A stretch of 64,000 nucleotides of DNA, from positions 71,951-135,950 of the forward strand of contig MCFE01000194.1 of the NCBI GenBank assembly GCA_002104905.1, written 5' to 3'. The position numbers and the translations under genes are program-made. Below are positions 51,169-61,499 of this stretch, in pieces. Under the pieces are notes generated by a model. That model did not search any database and was not told the DNA's origin. It saw only the letters and a list, made by a program, of their open reading frames with translations. Source of the stretch: Basidiobolus meristosporus CBS 931.73 (lineage: Eukaryota > Fungi > Basidiobolomycota). Every line of letters begins with the position of its first letter. Positions within the stretch are counted from its first letter, which is position 1.

Positions 51169-51516
51169 TGTTGCAATATTCTGAGGAGTATTGGAAGTGA
51201 TGTGGAGCACTAGAGGATTTACATGTTATTCAACTGTAGGTATATTGATCAAAAGTATGGTGTTTATACTTTTGCTAAAGTAGAGCAAACAAACATATAG
51301 AGTTTGCTAAGGAAAATCCCAAGAATATGTGTGCAAAGTCTGGGGGCTTTTGGACAACTTTGAGAAAGATCATAATCTGGGTACCTGATAATTTGGGGAA
51401 AATATTTTAAGTAAATCCCAACAAGAAATTTGGTCTGGACAGAATGCTAATCAAAGAATAAGATCTATGTGCCTAAGTTAACATGAATATCTAGGTGACA
51501 ACTTAATAATACAACA
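51169..51516 (-). repeat. Family-B solo LTR inserted antisense in gag; near-TSD GCTAG/GCTAA
   Basis: TGTTGCAA...ATACAACA; removal restores AAGTTGCTAATTCAATG as in the full-length element. Confidence 0.8.
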
Positions 51517-51876
51517 GCTAATTCAATGCTCAGCAGCAAAAACAGCAACAAATGCCTGCAAGACACTAGAAGACACCTGCCAGCCATGCTCTGCTGCTAC
51601 AAGCATGAATCTTAGACAGAAACTCTTTACAACAAATAATCACACAGGAGAAGAAATAAAAAATCTAATCAACTGAATACCCTGCTGGTTGATCAGATGC
51701 AGTGAGTGCATGCACTAACCACTGATGAGGATGTGATGGTGCCATCCTGAATAGCCTTACAGAAAAGCTGCAAGGTCTTGTAACAGTCCTAGAGTCAAGA
51801 GCCAAAGATTTGACTCTGTGTTATGGATGTCTCCTTGATGAGGAAAGAAGAAAATCAAATGTTAATATGAAGGAAG

Positions 51877-52225
51877 TGTTGTAAGAGTCTTGAAGATATT
51901 GTAAGTGATAGGGAGAACAAGTAGATTATGTTGTTTTCAATTAATGAATTATTGAATGTAAAAGTAGCATATATACTTTCACATGGTCTTGGCATAACAA
52001 ACATGTAGAATAGGTATAGGAAAGTCCCAAGAACATGTGTGCAAAGCTTTGGGCTGTTTGGACTACCTTAAGAATTTTCATGTTCTGGGTACCTGATATT
52101 TTGGTCAAAATATTCTAAGTAAATCCCAACCAGGAAATTGGTCAGTATACTCTAGGATTTGAAGGTAACAATCTATATGACTAAGTTAGGTGGATATTCA
52201 GGTGGAATTGTAGATTATTACAACA
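51877..52225 (-). repeat. Family-B solo LTR inserted antisense in gag
   Basis: TGTTGTAA...TTACAACA, close match to 33,427-33,773; flanks GGAAG/CAAAG do not form a clean TSD. Confidence 0.88.
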
Positions 52226-54180
52226 CAAAGAAGTAACTACTTTAATAAGCCTTGATAACCACTAAAGGAGGCACTGAAGACCCTTTAATGGTAACAGCAA
52301 CCTGACTTGCAGCTACCTAAAATAGAAACAACAGACACCTGACCATTGTATAAAAAAGAGAGATAATCAGCAGAAAAACCTGATTATCGAAATGCTGCAA
52401 CCACTGATGATGGACTATTCATATCTGCACCAACAATGGCCACAAGCAAGGATTCTCAGAAGTGGTATAACAACTGTGGAGCAGCTCAACACCTTACACA
52501 CCAATAAGAGCTCTTTACCAAATATCAAGAGATTCTACTCAAGAAGGTCTCATGAGATGCATCAAAATACTTGATGCAGCTGAACAGACAAATATCCAAG
52601 TCAGTACTTGATGTAGTGAAGGAAGCCACAAACCTACCTGTAAAGCAGTACGCTATATACCAGAAATAGCCAGGAACTTAACATTTGTAATCAAGGCCAT
52701 GGCAGAAGGTCTCAGAATCAGTTTTGACAATTCTAGATGCAAAATCACTGATCAAGTTGGCTCTCATATTACTTTGGGCAGCAGTGACCAGAATCCATAT
52801 AAGATGACATGTATTCCACCATATCTGGAAGCCAATAAACATATGTAAATGAAGAAACTCCAATGCTTTGGTACAGGAGATTTGTACACATCAAATTTGA
52901 TTATTTGGGCAAAGTGATCAAAGATCAGCTAATCTCCTGTGTAAAAATGGATCCCCCAGATAACACAAAACACTGTAAAGCCTACTCTGGGCTGATCAAT
53001 ACCAAGAAAAGCTTAGAACTAACCCACCGTGATCAGGGTTGAGTATTCAATGTTTATCCACAGGCACAATCAAGTATTTGATCACATTTATGGCAATTAC
53101 AAAAGATACAGGTGGGTCTACTTCATTGAAACAAAGGACAAGTCTATGTCTAAGCTTAGTCATTTCAAGGCCCTGGAAAGAGAGAAACTGGTGAGAGAAT
53201 CAAGAAAAATGCTCTGACAATGATGGAGTAGATACCTCAAAACTCTTCACCCACTTATGGAAAATTCATGGGATAAAGCAAGAGACTGCTGCATTATGCT
53301 CCCCACAGCAAAATGGAGTGTCAGAATGTGTAACAATATAGATCAAGTGCAGAGCACCCAAGAATACATGGATACATAGCAAATGCCAAGAAACTGCCTA
53401 GAAATCTGTCATAGTGCAAGCCAAAGAGTAAAGAGTACATATTCTTGGGCTACTACAATGAGAGTAAGACAGCAGACTGCACAGCACCAAAGCAAAGAAG
53501 CTGATCAAGTCCAGGGATGTGCTGTTTGATGAAAATTCAAACTCTCACAAAATTCAACCAATTTTGAACTCTGAAAACTGACTGTCTTTATTTAAAGTAA
53601 GTGTTTACTTTTTATAGTTATTAGTTTGAAACACTATCTTGTGGGTTTGCGTAGGATTGTAGTATGATTTCCAATCACTTGTATCTTGGACACTAGTTGA
53701 GCTCTGTCTTTGAAACTCTGTAACACTAAGGTTTAGTCACTTGGCTATATATGGCGTAAATGTCATGTTGCAGGTCCTAGTGGTTTTTTAGTAAATGAAG
53801 TGTTTGTTAATAGTTTAGTTATGTCACAAGTAGTGACAGTTTGCTTCTGAAACTTGGTACATATCTTTGAGATTGGTGATGCTGCATTGCTGCCAAGTTT
53901 CTGAACTGTACATTTATGGGTTCTTCTTCACATGGGCTGTTTCTACAGTAGTATATTTTTATCTTGTAACATACCTTCCCACCTAATGGGTTTCTTCTCC
54001 TGAAGAAGCTTGTTGGACTTCATATCCACCAGAATTGCTTGTTAGTTTGCTCCTCTAGTGTCATTCTTGCCCTAGTGAGGTGGCTTCTGCATACCAGGGT
54101 TAGTCTGACTTTATCCATCCATTTAGCTTCCAAAGCACAAGCTCACTTCTTTTAAGCACATACATATCAAAGCCCTGAAG

Positions 54181-54957
54181 ATGCGTCTTAGTCTCACCAC
54201 AATTGTCTCTCTTTGCCTCCTTGTTGGATTAGGCGCAGAGGCAGCGCCACATTGTTCCAAGGGGGAGTATCAATGCTCTGGTAATAGCTTCCTACAGTGC
54301 GATAATGGCAGATGGGTTACTAAGCAATGCGGACCTGGAACTCGCTGTGTGCAAAAGAGCCAAACAAGCGTGTACTGTGACTATGACCACGTAGCAGCAG
54401 CAAGCATAGAGCGTCGGGCACCTAGTGAGTGTAAACCAGGAGCTTATAAGTGCACAGGAAAAGGCTTCCTTCAATGTGCCAATGGTTCTTGGGTACGCAA
54501 AGAGTGTGGACGTGGAACAAAATGTGTCCAAAACGGACCAAACGCTGTCTATTGTGACTACAGTGCTAAGGTTGAACGACGTGCACCACATGAATGCAAG
54601 CCTGGAGCCTATAAGTGCAGTGGACAAGGATTCCTTCAATGCGATAACGGTAAATGGGTCCACAAGAGATGCGGGGCTGGTACAAGCTGCGTACAGAATG
54701 GACCAAATGCCGTATACTGTGACTATGCCAAAAAGGGCTCACACCATGGTTTGGAAGCAAAGACTCTTTTAAGCTCTAGCCATGGCTCCGGCTCTGGCTC
54801 ACGTGGTGAATGCCGTCCAGGAACCTACCAATGCGCTGGCCAAGGCTTCCGTCAATGCGACAATGGAAAGTGGGTCCATAAAGATTGTGGACCTGGCACT
54901 GCATGTGTACAAAACGGAGACTATGCTGTTTATTGCGACTATGCCAAGCTTGCTTAA
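54181..54957 (+). CDS. Secreted protein with four 6-Cys CBM19-like chitin-binding modules and Kex2-type spacers, 258 aa (copy 1)
   Basis: Signal peptide, then four C..G.Y.C.G.GF.QC.NG.WV...CG.GT.CVQ......YCDY modules resembling the yeast Cts1 CBM19; ERR-AP linkers. Confidence 0.88.
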   Translation: MRLSLTTIVSLCLLVGLGAEAAPHCSKGEYQCSGNSFLQCDNGRWVTKQCGPGTRCVQKSQTSVYCDYDHVAAASIERRAPSECKPGAYKCTGKGFLQCANGSWVRKECGRGTKCVQNGPNAVYCDYSAKVERRAPHECKPGAYKCSGQGFLQCDNGKWVHKRCGAGTSCVQNGPNAVYCDYAKKGSHHGLEAKTLLSSSHGSGSGSRGECRPGTYQCAGQGFRQCDNGKWVHKDCGPGTACVQNGDYAVYCDYAKLA

Positions 54958-55381
54958 ACCCTTTCTCAATCCAAACACTTGATTTTTGCCCTAGGTAGTA
55001 TCCGCTACAATCATTTGCATACTTTTCATCGGAAATCTGAGATTACAGATAGCTTAGCCAAGCTATGTTGTAGACAAGGATTATAGATCACTCATTCATT
55101 CCAACCAGTTCTTGGTATTCCTTACTCCACGTTCGTATGTACATTCATCAGCATACTTGAAGTCATACTTCTTCCCATGTTTATGGTGATAATGATTACT
55201 ATTATTACACTATTGTTTCTCGTGTATATATATATATATATATACACGTTGTCCTCCTTCCTGGCCGGGACATTGGTAAAATGAAAATAAATATGTTTCT
55301 ATTGAACTCTCAATTGATATAGCTTCTGCTGTTGGTTTGCTCAAGAATAGTGTACAAACGCAAAAATGAATTCAAGGTGAA

Positions 55382-55452
55382 TGCGTTAACTGGGAGTCGA
55401 ACCCAGGCCAACTGCTTGGAAGGCAGTTATTCTACCGCTATACTATTAACGC
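55382..55452 (-). tRNA. tRNA-Gly-TCC: tRNA-Gly(TCC)
   Basis: Cloverleaf; ACTGC-CTTCCAA-GCAGT anticodon arm; GGTTCGACTCC B box. Confidence 0.95.
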
Positions 55453-55601
55453 TTGATGGCTATTTATGGCCTCCTATTAGACAGGAAAACTCCTGAATTT
55501 TACAGCTGAAATTACGGTAGGAATTAAGCAACAAGTTTCATTGAGAAATTACCAAAGGCGCTTGATCAGGTTTGGAGTTAGTGTAGGTAAGTAACATCGA
55601 G

Positions 55602-55683
55602 GACACTTTGGCGGAGTGGTTAACGCGGTGCCCTGCTAAGGCATTTCCCTATGGGAGCGCAGGTTCGAATCCTGCAGGTGTCG
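55602..55683 (+). tRNA. tRNA-Ser-GCT: tRNA-Ser(GCT)
   Basis: Long variable arm; GTGCC-CTGCTAA-GGCAT; T-tract follows. Confidence 0.95.
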
Positions 55684-55878
55684 TCTCTTTTTTATTTTTC
55701 TCGATTAGCTTGGCATACTTGCATGATCAACGTTTGAAAGCATTCAGGACCTAATGCAAACCCACCATAAGCCAAGATATTTTTCTTCTTCTGATATTGT
55801 AAGCTCTATCCTTGTCGCCTTTGGTTAAGTCTTACGCCACCAAGAAATAGAAAGTAAGCGCTATAGCTTTTGAGAAAG

Positions 55879-55952
55879 TCCTACTAGTCTAGTGGGTAAG
55901 ATATTGTGACAGGAATAGAGCTCAAGTCCCTGGTTCAGTTCTCCGGTAGTAA
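55879..55952 (+). pseudogene. tRNA-like pseudogene (D-arm and T-arm remnants, no anticodon stem)
   Basis: AGTCTAGTGGGTAAGAT (A-box-like), CCTGGTTCAGTTC (B-box-like), 6/7 acceptor pairing. Confidence 0.4.
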
Positions 55953-56266
55953 GTGATTATTTGACTACCAAAAGGGCAGCCTTACGAGGTTATGCAGAGA
56001 TATTTTATGATAAAGATCAAGGCTATTGGGTGACATGAAACTAAAAATAACTCTTTAACTAACCCTAAGTACCTACAACAAATTTGGACATTTTTATGCA
56101 AGATGCTGAGCTTGTCCGATTTGCTAGAGTGATCCTACCTTGGAGCCAACATGAGAGAATCAGTCAGCTACAAAATAAACTGGAAAGGGTGGGACAGATA
56201 TCCAGCTGAGTCAATGATTGTACCCGTGCAAAAACAAACCATTGCAAGAACTAGGCTAAAAGAGAA

Positions 56267-56340
56267 TGCTCACAGCAGGGGTCGAACCTGCGACCTTGGC
56301 GTTATTAGCACCACGCTCTAACCAACTGAGCTATGCGAGC
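56267..56340 (-). tRNA. tRNA-Ile-AAT: tRNA-Ile(AAT), downstream cistron of a Ser-Ile pair
   Basis: TGGTG-CTAATAA-CGCCA; T-tract after the 3' end. Confidence 0.95.
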
Positions 56341-56345
56341 ATATA

Positions 56346-56427
56346 CGACGACAGCAGGATTTGAACCTGCGCGGGCAGAGCCCATATGATTTCTAGTCAT
56401 ACGCCTTAACCACTCGGCCATATCGTC
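56346..56427 (-). tRNA. tRNA-Ser-AGA: tRNA-Ser(AGA), upstream cistron of a Ser-Ile pair
   Basis: TATGA-CTAGAAA-TCATA; long variable arm; 5 nt from tRNA-Ile. Confidence 0.95.
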
Positions 56428-56620
56428 AAGTACACGCTTCTCGAGCAAAAATCAACACAACCGGTCAGATGATAGCTTTGAGCAGGAAAGGACCGGGGAC
56501 CGAGAATATTAACAGGTGTAAAGGTGATCTGACCAGAATAGTGCACTGTTTTATTGCTGAAATGTTGTACTCATTATCAGCATGGCTCTCAAAATAGATC
56601 GATAAACCGTGTAAAAGACA

Positions 56621-56692
56621 AGGTCTCGCCGAGAATCGAACTCGGATTACAGGATTCAAAGTCCTGGGTGCTAACCATTACACCACGAAACC
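56621..56692 (-). tRNA. tRNA-Gln-TTG: tRNA-Gln(TTG)
   Basis: CAGGA-CTTTGAA-TCCTG. Confidence 0.95.
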
Positions 56693-56839
56693 AACTCGAC
56701 TAGGACGCATTTGGATTGGTACTCTCAAGCGCATGAGCACATGGTTCTCTGGTCTTTAACAGAGAAGCCAATGTCACCATTTGCCCGCATAGAGTCAAAA
56801 CATCAAAGACAGCCATGCTCTGGCATATTCAATAAAAAT

Positions 56840-56922
56840 TGGTAACAGTGAGATTCGAACTCACGCCTCTTACGAGACCGCAACTTGAGTGCGGCGCCTT
56901 AGACCAACTCGGCCATGTTACC
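56840..56922 (-). tRNA. tRNA-Leu-CAA: tRNA-Leu(CAA), intronless
   Basis: CCGCA-CTCAAGT-TGCGG; long variable arm. Confidence 0.95.
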
Positions 56923-57238
56923 AGCTTGTACACAAACAGGCAATGTCATAACACTAAGCGATAGCTGATAACATATCCGCATAGCTTAAGGGGAGGGGGG
57001 GGGGGGAAGAAAGGATACCTTCGCTACTCATGCGGCATCTGTTCTCTCAAGCACAATATTATCCAAGACGTATTTGCACCCTGATTGCCACATTTCTTCA
57101 GACAGATCTTCCAAATATAATCTACGGATTTGTATACTATGTGAAAGGCAAAATACAATTATAATGCTAGGACCTCCTTAGGTAAATCTATATATACATT
57201 TTCCAAAAATGTATGCTCTTTAACTAGGGCTTCATCAA

Positions 57239-57311
57239 GGGGGTCTAGCTCAGATGGTAGAGCGCTCGCTTAGCATGCGAGAGGCACTGGGATCGATACC
57301 CAGGTCCTCCA
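57239..57311 (+). tRNA. tRNA-Ala-AGC: tRNA-Ala(AGC)
   Basis: CTCGC-TTAGCAT-GCGAG; G3:U70 identity pair. Confidence 0.95.
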
Positions 57312-57490
57312 TGGAACTTTCTCTATTTTGCAGTAGATACATTTTGCTGGTTAACTCGTTTACGCAGCGGTTTATTCAATTTTCATCATGGGTTCTCTTA
57401 GATTTCGGTACAATCAAGGTTCAAAAATTTCTATCTAAATAGTCGAAAAATTTCTGTAGAGCAAAACATTCAGATGTCAAAAATAAAGGT

Positions 57491-57563
57491 CACCCAACGT
57501 GGGGGTCGAACCCACAACCTTGAGATTAAGAGTCTCACGCTCTACCGATTGAGCTAGCCGGGC
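57491..57563 (-). tRNA. tRNA-Lys-CTT: tRNA-Lys(CTT)
   Basis: TGAGA-CTCTTAA-TCTCA. Confidence 0.95.
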
Positions 57564-58071
57564 TAAGTGCATTCGAGTCCCCTCTAAAGTATCTTTTGTT
57601 GCTTTCGAGATTGGTGACTTTCAAATCCGAAAGTCAAAGTAGCCGGCATTCAATTAGTTGACTCAGTATCTCTTGAAGCATGTGTGAGGGTACAAAGCAA
57701 AATGACTTCAAATGTATGCTTTTATACTTTCCTCAATATTTGACACATGCGCTGAGTTATCATATTCAAGGCTAGTAACTGTACAGGGGATGAATTAGTT
57801 GTGATTCCATATAATACGTTGCAATGGTGCATTTGATGGATGCTCACCACATCCAGGCTCAAGTTGCAAGCACGTAAGGAAGGCAAGCAGCCTTGCGTAT
57901 AATTTGCTTAGGCAATGTGGATAACGCCAAAAGAAAATGGCATCTCCGCATATTTAAGTATGCACTGGGCAAGCCTCTAATTGCACCATTTCTAACAACA
58001 CACCAAAGGGGAAAGAATCAAAGCAAAAGTTTAATGAATAGAATTTTCTTTTCTCAACTACAAAGTAAGTA

Positions 58072-58145
58072 GCTCTTGTGGCGCAATTGGCTAGCGCGTC
58101 TGACTGTTAATCAGGAGGTTGGTGGTTCAAGCCCACCCAGGAGCG
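58072..58145 (+). tRNA. tRNA-Asn-GTT: tRNA-Asn(GTT)
   Basis: TCTGA-CTGTTAA-TCAGG; T-tract follows. Confidence 0.95.
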
Positions 58146-58336
58146 ACTATTTTTATGATTATCTACACTGCCATGTTTGCACATACAAAGCATATATGGT
58201 GGCGTTCTCTTTTGAAATAGAGCTGATAAAAGTACAACCATCCCGGAAGGCCTATTAAGTATGACCAACAATGAATGTATAGGACACAGGCAAGAATTTA
58301 TCTTTATCACGGAGCAGGAAGCTTTTTTCAAAAAAG

Positions 58337-58420
58337 TCCGAACACCCGGATTTGAACCAGGGACCTAAAGATTGCTATAAACACTACAGTCTTCCGCTCT
58401 ACCAACTGAGCTATGTTCGG
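58337..58420 (-). tRNA. tRNA-Tyr-GTA: tRNA-Tyr(GTA) with 11-nt intron
   Basis: GAAGA-CTGTAG-[TGTTTATAGCA]-ATCTTT; intron at the canonical 37/38 position. Confidence 0.94.
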
Positions 58421-58822
58421 TACATTGACATGTCTCCGGACAATATGATCATAATTATATAATTATCCACATTACAAAGGTCCAAGCTCTCACTCACAAA
58501 GCTGGCGTCTGCTTTGAGTGATACATTTACCACTCACTGGAACCTTCAATACCTAGAAGCATTGTTTCTGAAGGGATGCTTGCATGACAAATCACCTTTT
58601 GTCCGCTTCTATATTGTAGTGGGGGTGAATACCTCTTGGTAAAACAGTGTCAATAGCCTTTCTATTGCTGGTGAGATATACTGCTGGCATGGTTAGATAA
58701 GCTAAGAAGACTGCCATTAATTAGTCTGCTTATTGATGTGTCCCTCCTATCCTATCTACTATAAATCGAGGCTATCGAGATCCAATTTCTGACCAAAAGA
58801 CTACCATCAACAGTGTCAAAAA

Positions 58823-58893
58823 TGCATACTCGGGGAATCGAACCCCGGTCTACCGCGTGGCAGGCGGTAATTATACCACTAAACCAAGTATGC
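58823..58893 (-). tRNA. tRNA-Gly-GCC: tRNA-Gly(GCC)
   Basis: ACCGC-CTGCCAC-GCGGT. Confidence 0.95.
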
Positions 58894-59223
58894 TACGTTG
58901 ACAACTTATCCCAAAATGAGCATCTCAATTATTAACAATCACCATCACTATCAAGGGGTTAGGGGTTCTGTGAAAGTCCAGATTCAAGCCTCATGATTAC
59001 AAGGCAAATATCCTCCTATCTTGCTATGCTACTGCTGAGCTGTCCAAGCATTTAACGGAATTCACAAGATGCATAACCTTGCTAGCATGCTTCCTTTCAA
59101 GAGCCTATGCTGCATCTCACTATTAGGTGGAAAAGGCAAGTCATACAACCTAGCGTTGTGCTACAAATATAATCCCTCATAACTTTATTTACGAGATGCT
59201 GTTTTGGTAATGGCAAAAAGTTA

Positions 59224-59295
59224 TAGCAGCGAGAGGTTTCGATCCTCCGACCTCGGGGTTATGAGCCCCGCGCGCTTCCTCTGCGCTACGCTGCT
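59224..59295 (-). tRNA. tRNA-iMet-CAT: Initiator tRNA-Met(CAT)
   Basis: A1:U72 pair, GATCGAAA T-loop (A54), G:C-rich anticodon stem GGGG-CTCATAA-CCCC. Confidence 0.95.
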
Positions 59296-59964
59296 TATGA
59301 TATACACAAAGCTCACAAATTACACAACTATGGATTGCCTACCCACTGGGTAGAAGCTATCATCAAGCCACCAATCCCGCAGAAATTCATAGGCCATGCC
59401 CATCAGAATAAATACACCGGTGCAAAATTATAAAAATAACATTACTCCGCTTTGGCTTAGCTCTTCTCTAAATGGGCTGAAATTTATAAAATCGATTTGC
59501 CCAATAGCACCCAGTAAGATTCGATCTTCCCAGGATTATAACAAATCAAAACTATGGTGATCTTGATGGATTCACCGTACTGTACTGCGTTTCATATTGA
59601 TCTGGGTAGATTTACCATGAACAAGTAATGAAAGTAATTTACTTCTGGTTGGGCAGATATCCCAAGAAAGAGTGTAGGCTTGGGCTACCTATATTTGTAT
59701 CAGGATGGCTAAACTAGTGCGGCAAATGGCACCCAAGCCTTCAATGTTTCCCAAAAGGGTAGGCATGTAAAGTTCAACCTTCGTCATTGCTCGCAAGCTG
59801 CCATCATTTGACGAACATCCCATTATTAGTTAATAGTCCATCTTGCCAAAAATTACGATAAAAAGTGGGTGTATTTGCACGTACATTTGTTGAAGTAGTG
59901 ATGTTTTCCATGATTTAGATGTATAGCTGATCGATTACACATTGAACCTCGGAAATCTGACATC

Positions 59965-59971
59965 TATAAAA
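59965..59971 (+). promoter_or_regulatory. Putative TATA box (TATAAAA) of CBM19-like gene copy 2
   Basis: About 110 bp upstream of ATG 60,079; no equivalent upstream of copy 1. Confidence 0.55.
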
Positions 59972-60078
59972 CTGCAAGTTGGGACCACAGCTACAACTAT
60001 CAATCAACAGATCCATCCATTTAGCTTCCAAAGCACAAGCTCACTTCTTTTAAGCACATACATATCAAAGCCCTGAAG

Positions 60079-60855
60079 ATGCGTCTTAGTCTCACCACAA
60101 TTGTCTCTCTTTGCCTCCTTGTTGGATTAGGCGCAGAGGCAGCGCCACATTGTTCCAAGGGGGAGTATCAATGCTCTGGTAATAGCTTCCTACAGTGCGA
60201 TAATGGCAGATGGGTTACTAAGCAATGCGGACCTGGAACTCGCTGTGTGCAAAAGAGCCAAACAAGCGTGTACTGTGACTATGACCACGTAGCAGCAGCA
60301 AGCATAGAGCGTCGGGCACCTAGTGAGTGTAAACCAGGAGCTTATAAGTGCACAGGAAAAGGCTTCCTTCAATGTGCCAATGGTTCTTGGGTACGCAAAG
60401 AGTGTGGACGTGGAACAAAATGTGTCCAAAACGGACCAAACGCTGTCTATTGTGACTACAGTGCTAAGGTTGAACGACGTGCACCACATGAATGCAAGCC
60501 TGGAGCCTATAAGTGCAGTGGACAAGGATTCCTTCAATGCGATAACGGTAAATGGGTCCACAAGAGATGCGGGGCTGGTACAAGCTGCGTACAGAATGGA
60601 CCAAATGCCGTATACTGTGACTATGCCAAAAAGGGCTCACACCATGGTTTGGAAGCAAAGACTCTTTTAAGCTCTAGCCATGGCTCCGGCTCTGGCTCAC
60701 GTGGTGAATGCCGTCCAGGAACCTACCAATGCGCTGGCCAAGGCTTCCGTCAATGCGACAATGGAAAGTGGGTCCATAAAGATTGTGGACCTGGCACTGC
60801 ATGTGTACAAAACGGAGACTATGCTGTTTATTGCGACTATGCCAAGCTTGCTTAA
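60079..60855 (+). CDS. Secreted four-module CBM19-like protein (copy 2)
   Basis: Identical translation to 54,181-54,957. Confidence 0.88.
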   Translation: MRLSLTTIVSLCLLVGLGAEAAPHCSKGEYQCSGNSFLQCDNGRWVTKQCGPGTRCVQKSQTSVYCDYDHVAAASIERRAPSECKPGAYKCTGKGFLQCANGSWVRKECGRGTKCVQNGPNAVYCDYSAKVERRAPHECKPGAYKCSGQGFLQCDNGKWVHKRCGAGTSCVQNGPNAVYCDYAKKGSHHGLEAKTLLSSSHGSGSGSRGECRPGTYQCAGQGFRQCDNGKWVHKDCGPGTACVQNGDYAVYCDYAKLA

Positions 60856-61279
60856 ACCCTTTCTCAATCCAAACACTTGATTTTTGCCCTAGGTAGTATC
60901 CGCTACAATCATTTGCATACTTTTCATCGGAAATCTGAGATTACAGATAGCTTAGCCAAGCTATGTTGTAGACAAGGATTATAGATCACTCATTCATTCC
61001 AACCAGTTCTTGGTATTCCTTACTCCACGTTCGTATGTACATTCATCAGCATACTTGAAGTCATACTTCTTCCCATGTTTATGGTGATAATGATTACTAT
61101 TATTACACTATTGTTTCTCGTGTGTATATATATATATATATACACGTTGTCCTCCTTCCTGGCCGGGACATTGGTAAAATGAAAATAAATATGTTTCTAT
61201 TGAACTCTCAATTGATATAGCTTCTGCTGTTGGTTTGCTCAAGAATAGTGTACAAACGCAAAAATGAATTCAAGGTGAA

Positions 61280-61350
61280 TGCGTTAACTGGGAGTCGAAC
61301 CCAGGCCAACTGCTTGGAAGGCAGTTATTCTACCGCTATACTATTAACGC
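61280..61350 (-). tRNA. tRNA-Gly-TCC: tRNA-Gly(TCC), unit 2
   Basis: Identical to 55,382-55,452. Confidence 0.95.
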
Positions 61351-61499
61351 TTGATGGCTATTTATGGCCTCCTATTAGACAGGAAAACTCCTGAATTTTA
61401 CAGCTGAAATTACGGTAGGAATTAAGCAACAAGTTTCATTGAGAAATTACCAAAGGCGCTTGATCAGGTTTGGAGTTAGTGTAGGTAAGTAACATCGAG

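Larger units (their letters stand above)
50753..53540 (+). mobile_element. Decayed Copia family B: partial 5' LTR (50,753-50,918), PBS (50,919-50,930), gag, protease, integrase
   Basis: LTR end TTACAGCA + TGTTATGAGCCC; gag and integrase text matches 31,300-33,420 in reverse. Right end approximate. Confidence 0.82.
54113..60010 (+). repeat. Tandem repeat unit 1 (5,898 bp): CBM19-like gene + 12 tRNA genes
   Basis: Sequence from 54,113 recurs at 60,011; I found only two differences over ~3.9 kb (one base in the TA tract; G12 vs G11). Confidence 0.97.

Noticed and set aside
54292-54982. Alternative-frame and antisense ORFs over the CBM19-like gene (also in unit 2)
   Set aside because: By-products of the real CDS.
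55221-55248. 28-bp palindrome CGTG(TA)10CACG
   Set aside because: Ordinary TA microsatellite; symmetry is broken in unit 2.
57491-57563. Several G:U pairs in the tRNA-Lys acceptor stem; search for reassigned anticodons
   Set aside because: Similar wobble pairs occur in normal eukaryotic tRNA-Lys(CTT); all anticodons agree with their tRNA bodies.
57850-57900. GGAAGG...AGCAGCC hairpin resembling SRP RNA helix 8
   Set aside because: Spacing does not fit and no supporting helices were seen.
57254-58331. Short ORFs such as MVERSLSMREALGSIPRSS and MWRNWLARLTVNQEVGGSSP
   Set aside because: They are translations of tRNA-Ala and tRNA-Asn genes.
55382-59295. tRNA set tuned to the codons of the CBM19-like gene
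   Set aside because: Gly, Ser, Ala, Lys, Gln, Asn and Tyr are covered, but Cys, Val, Thr, Asp and Arg, all common in the protein, are not.
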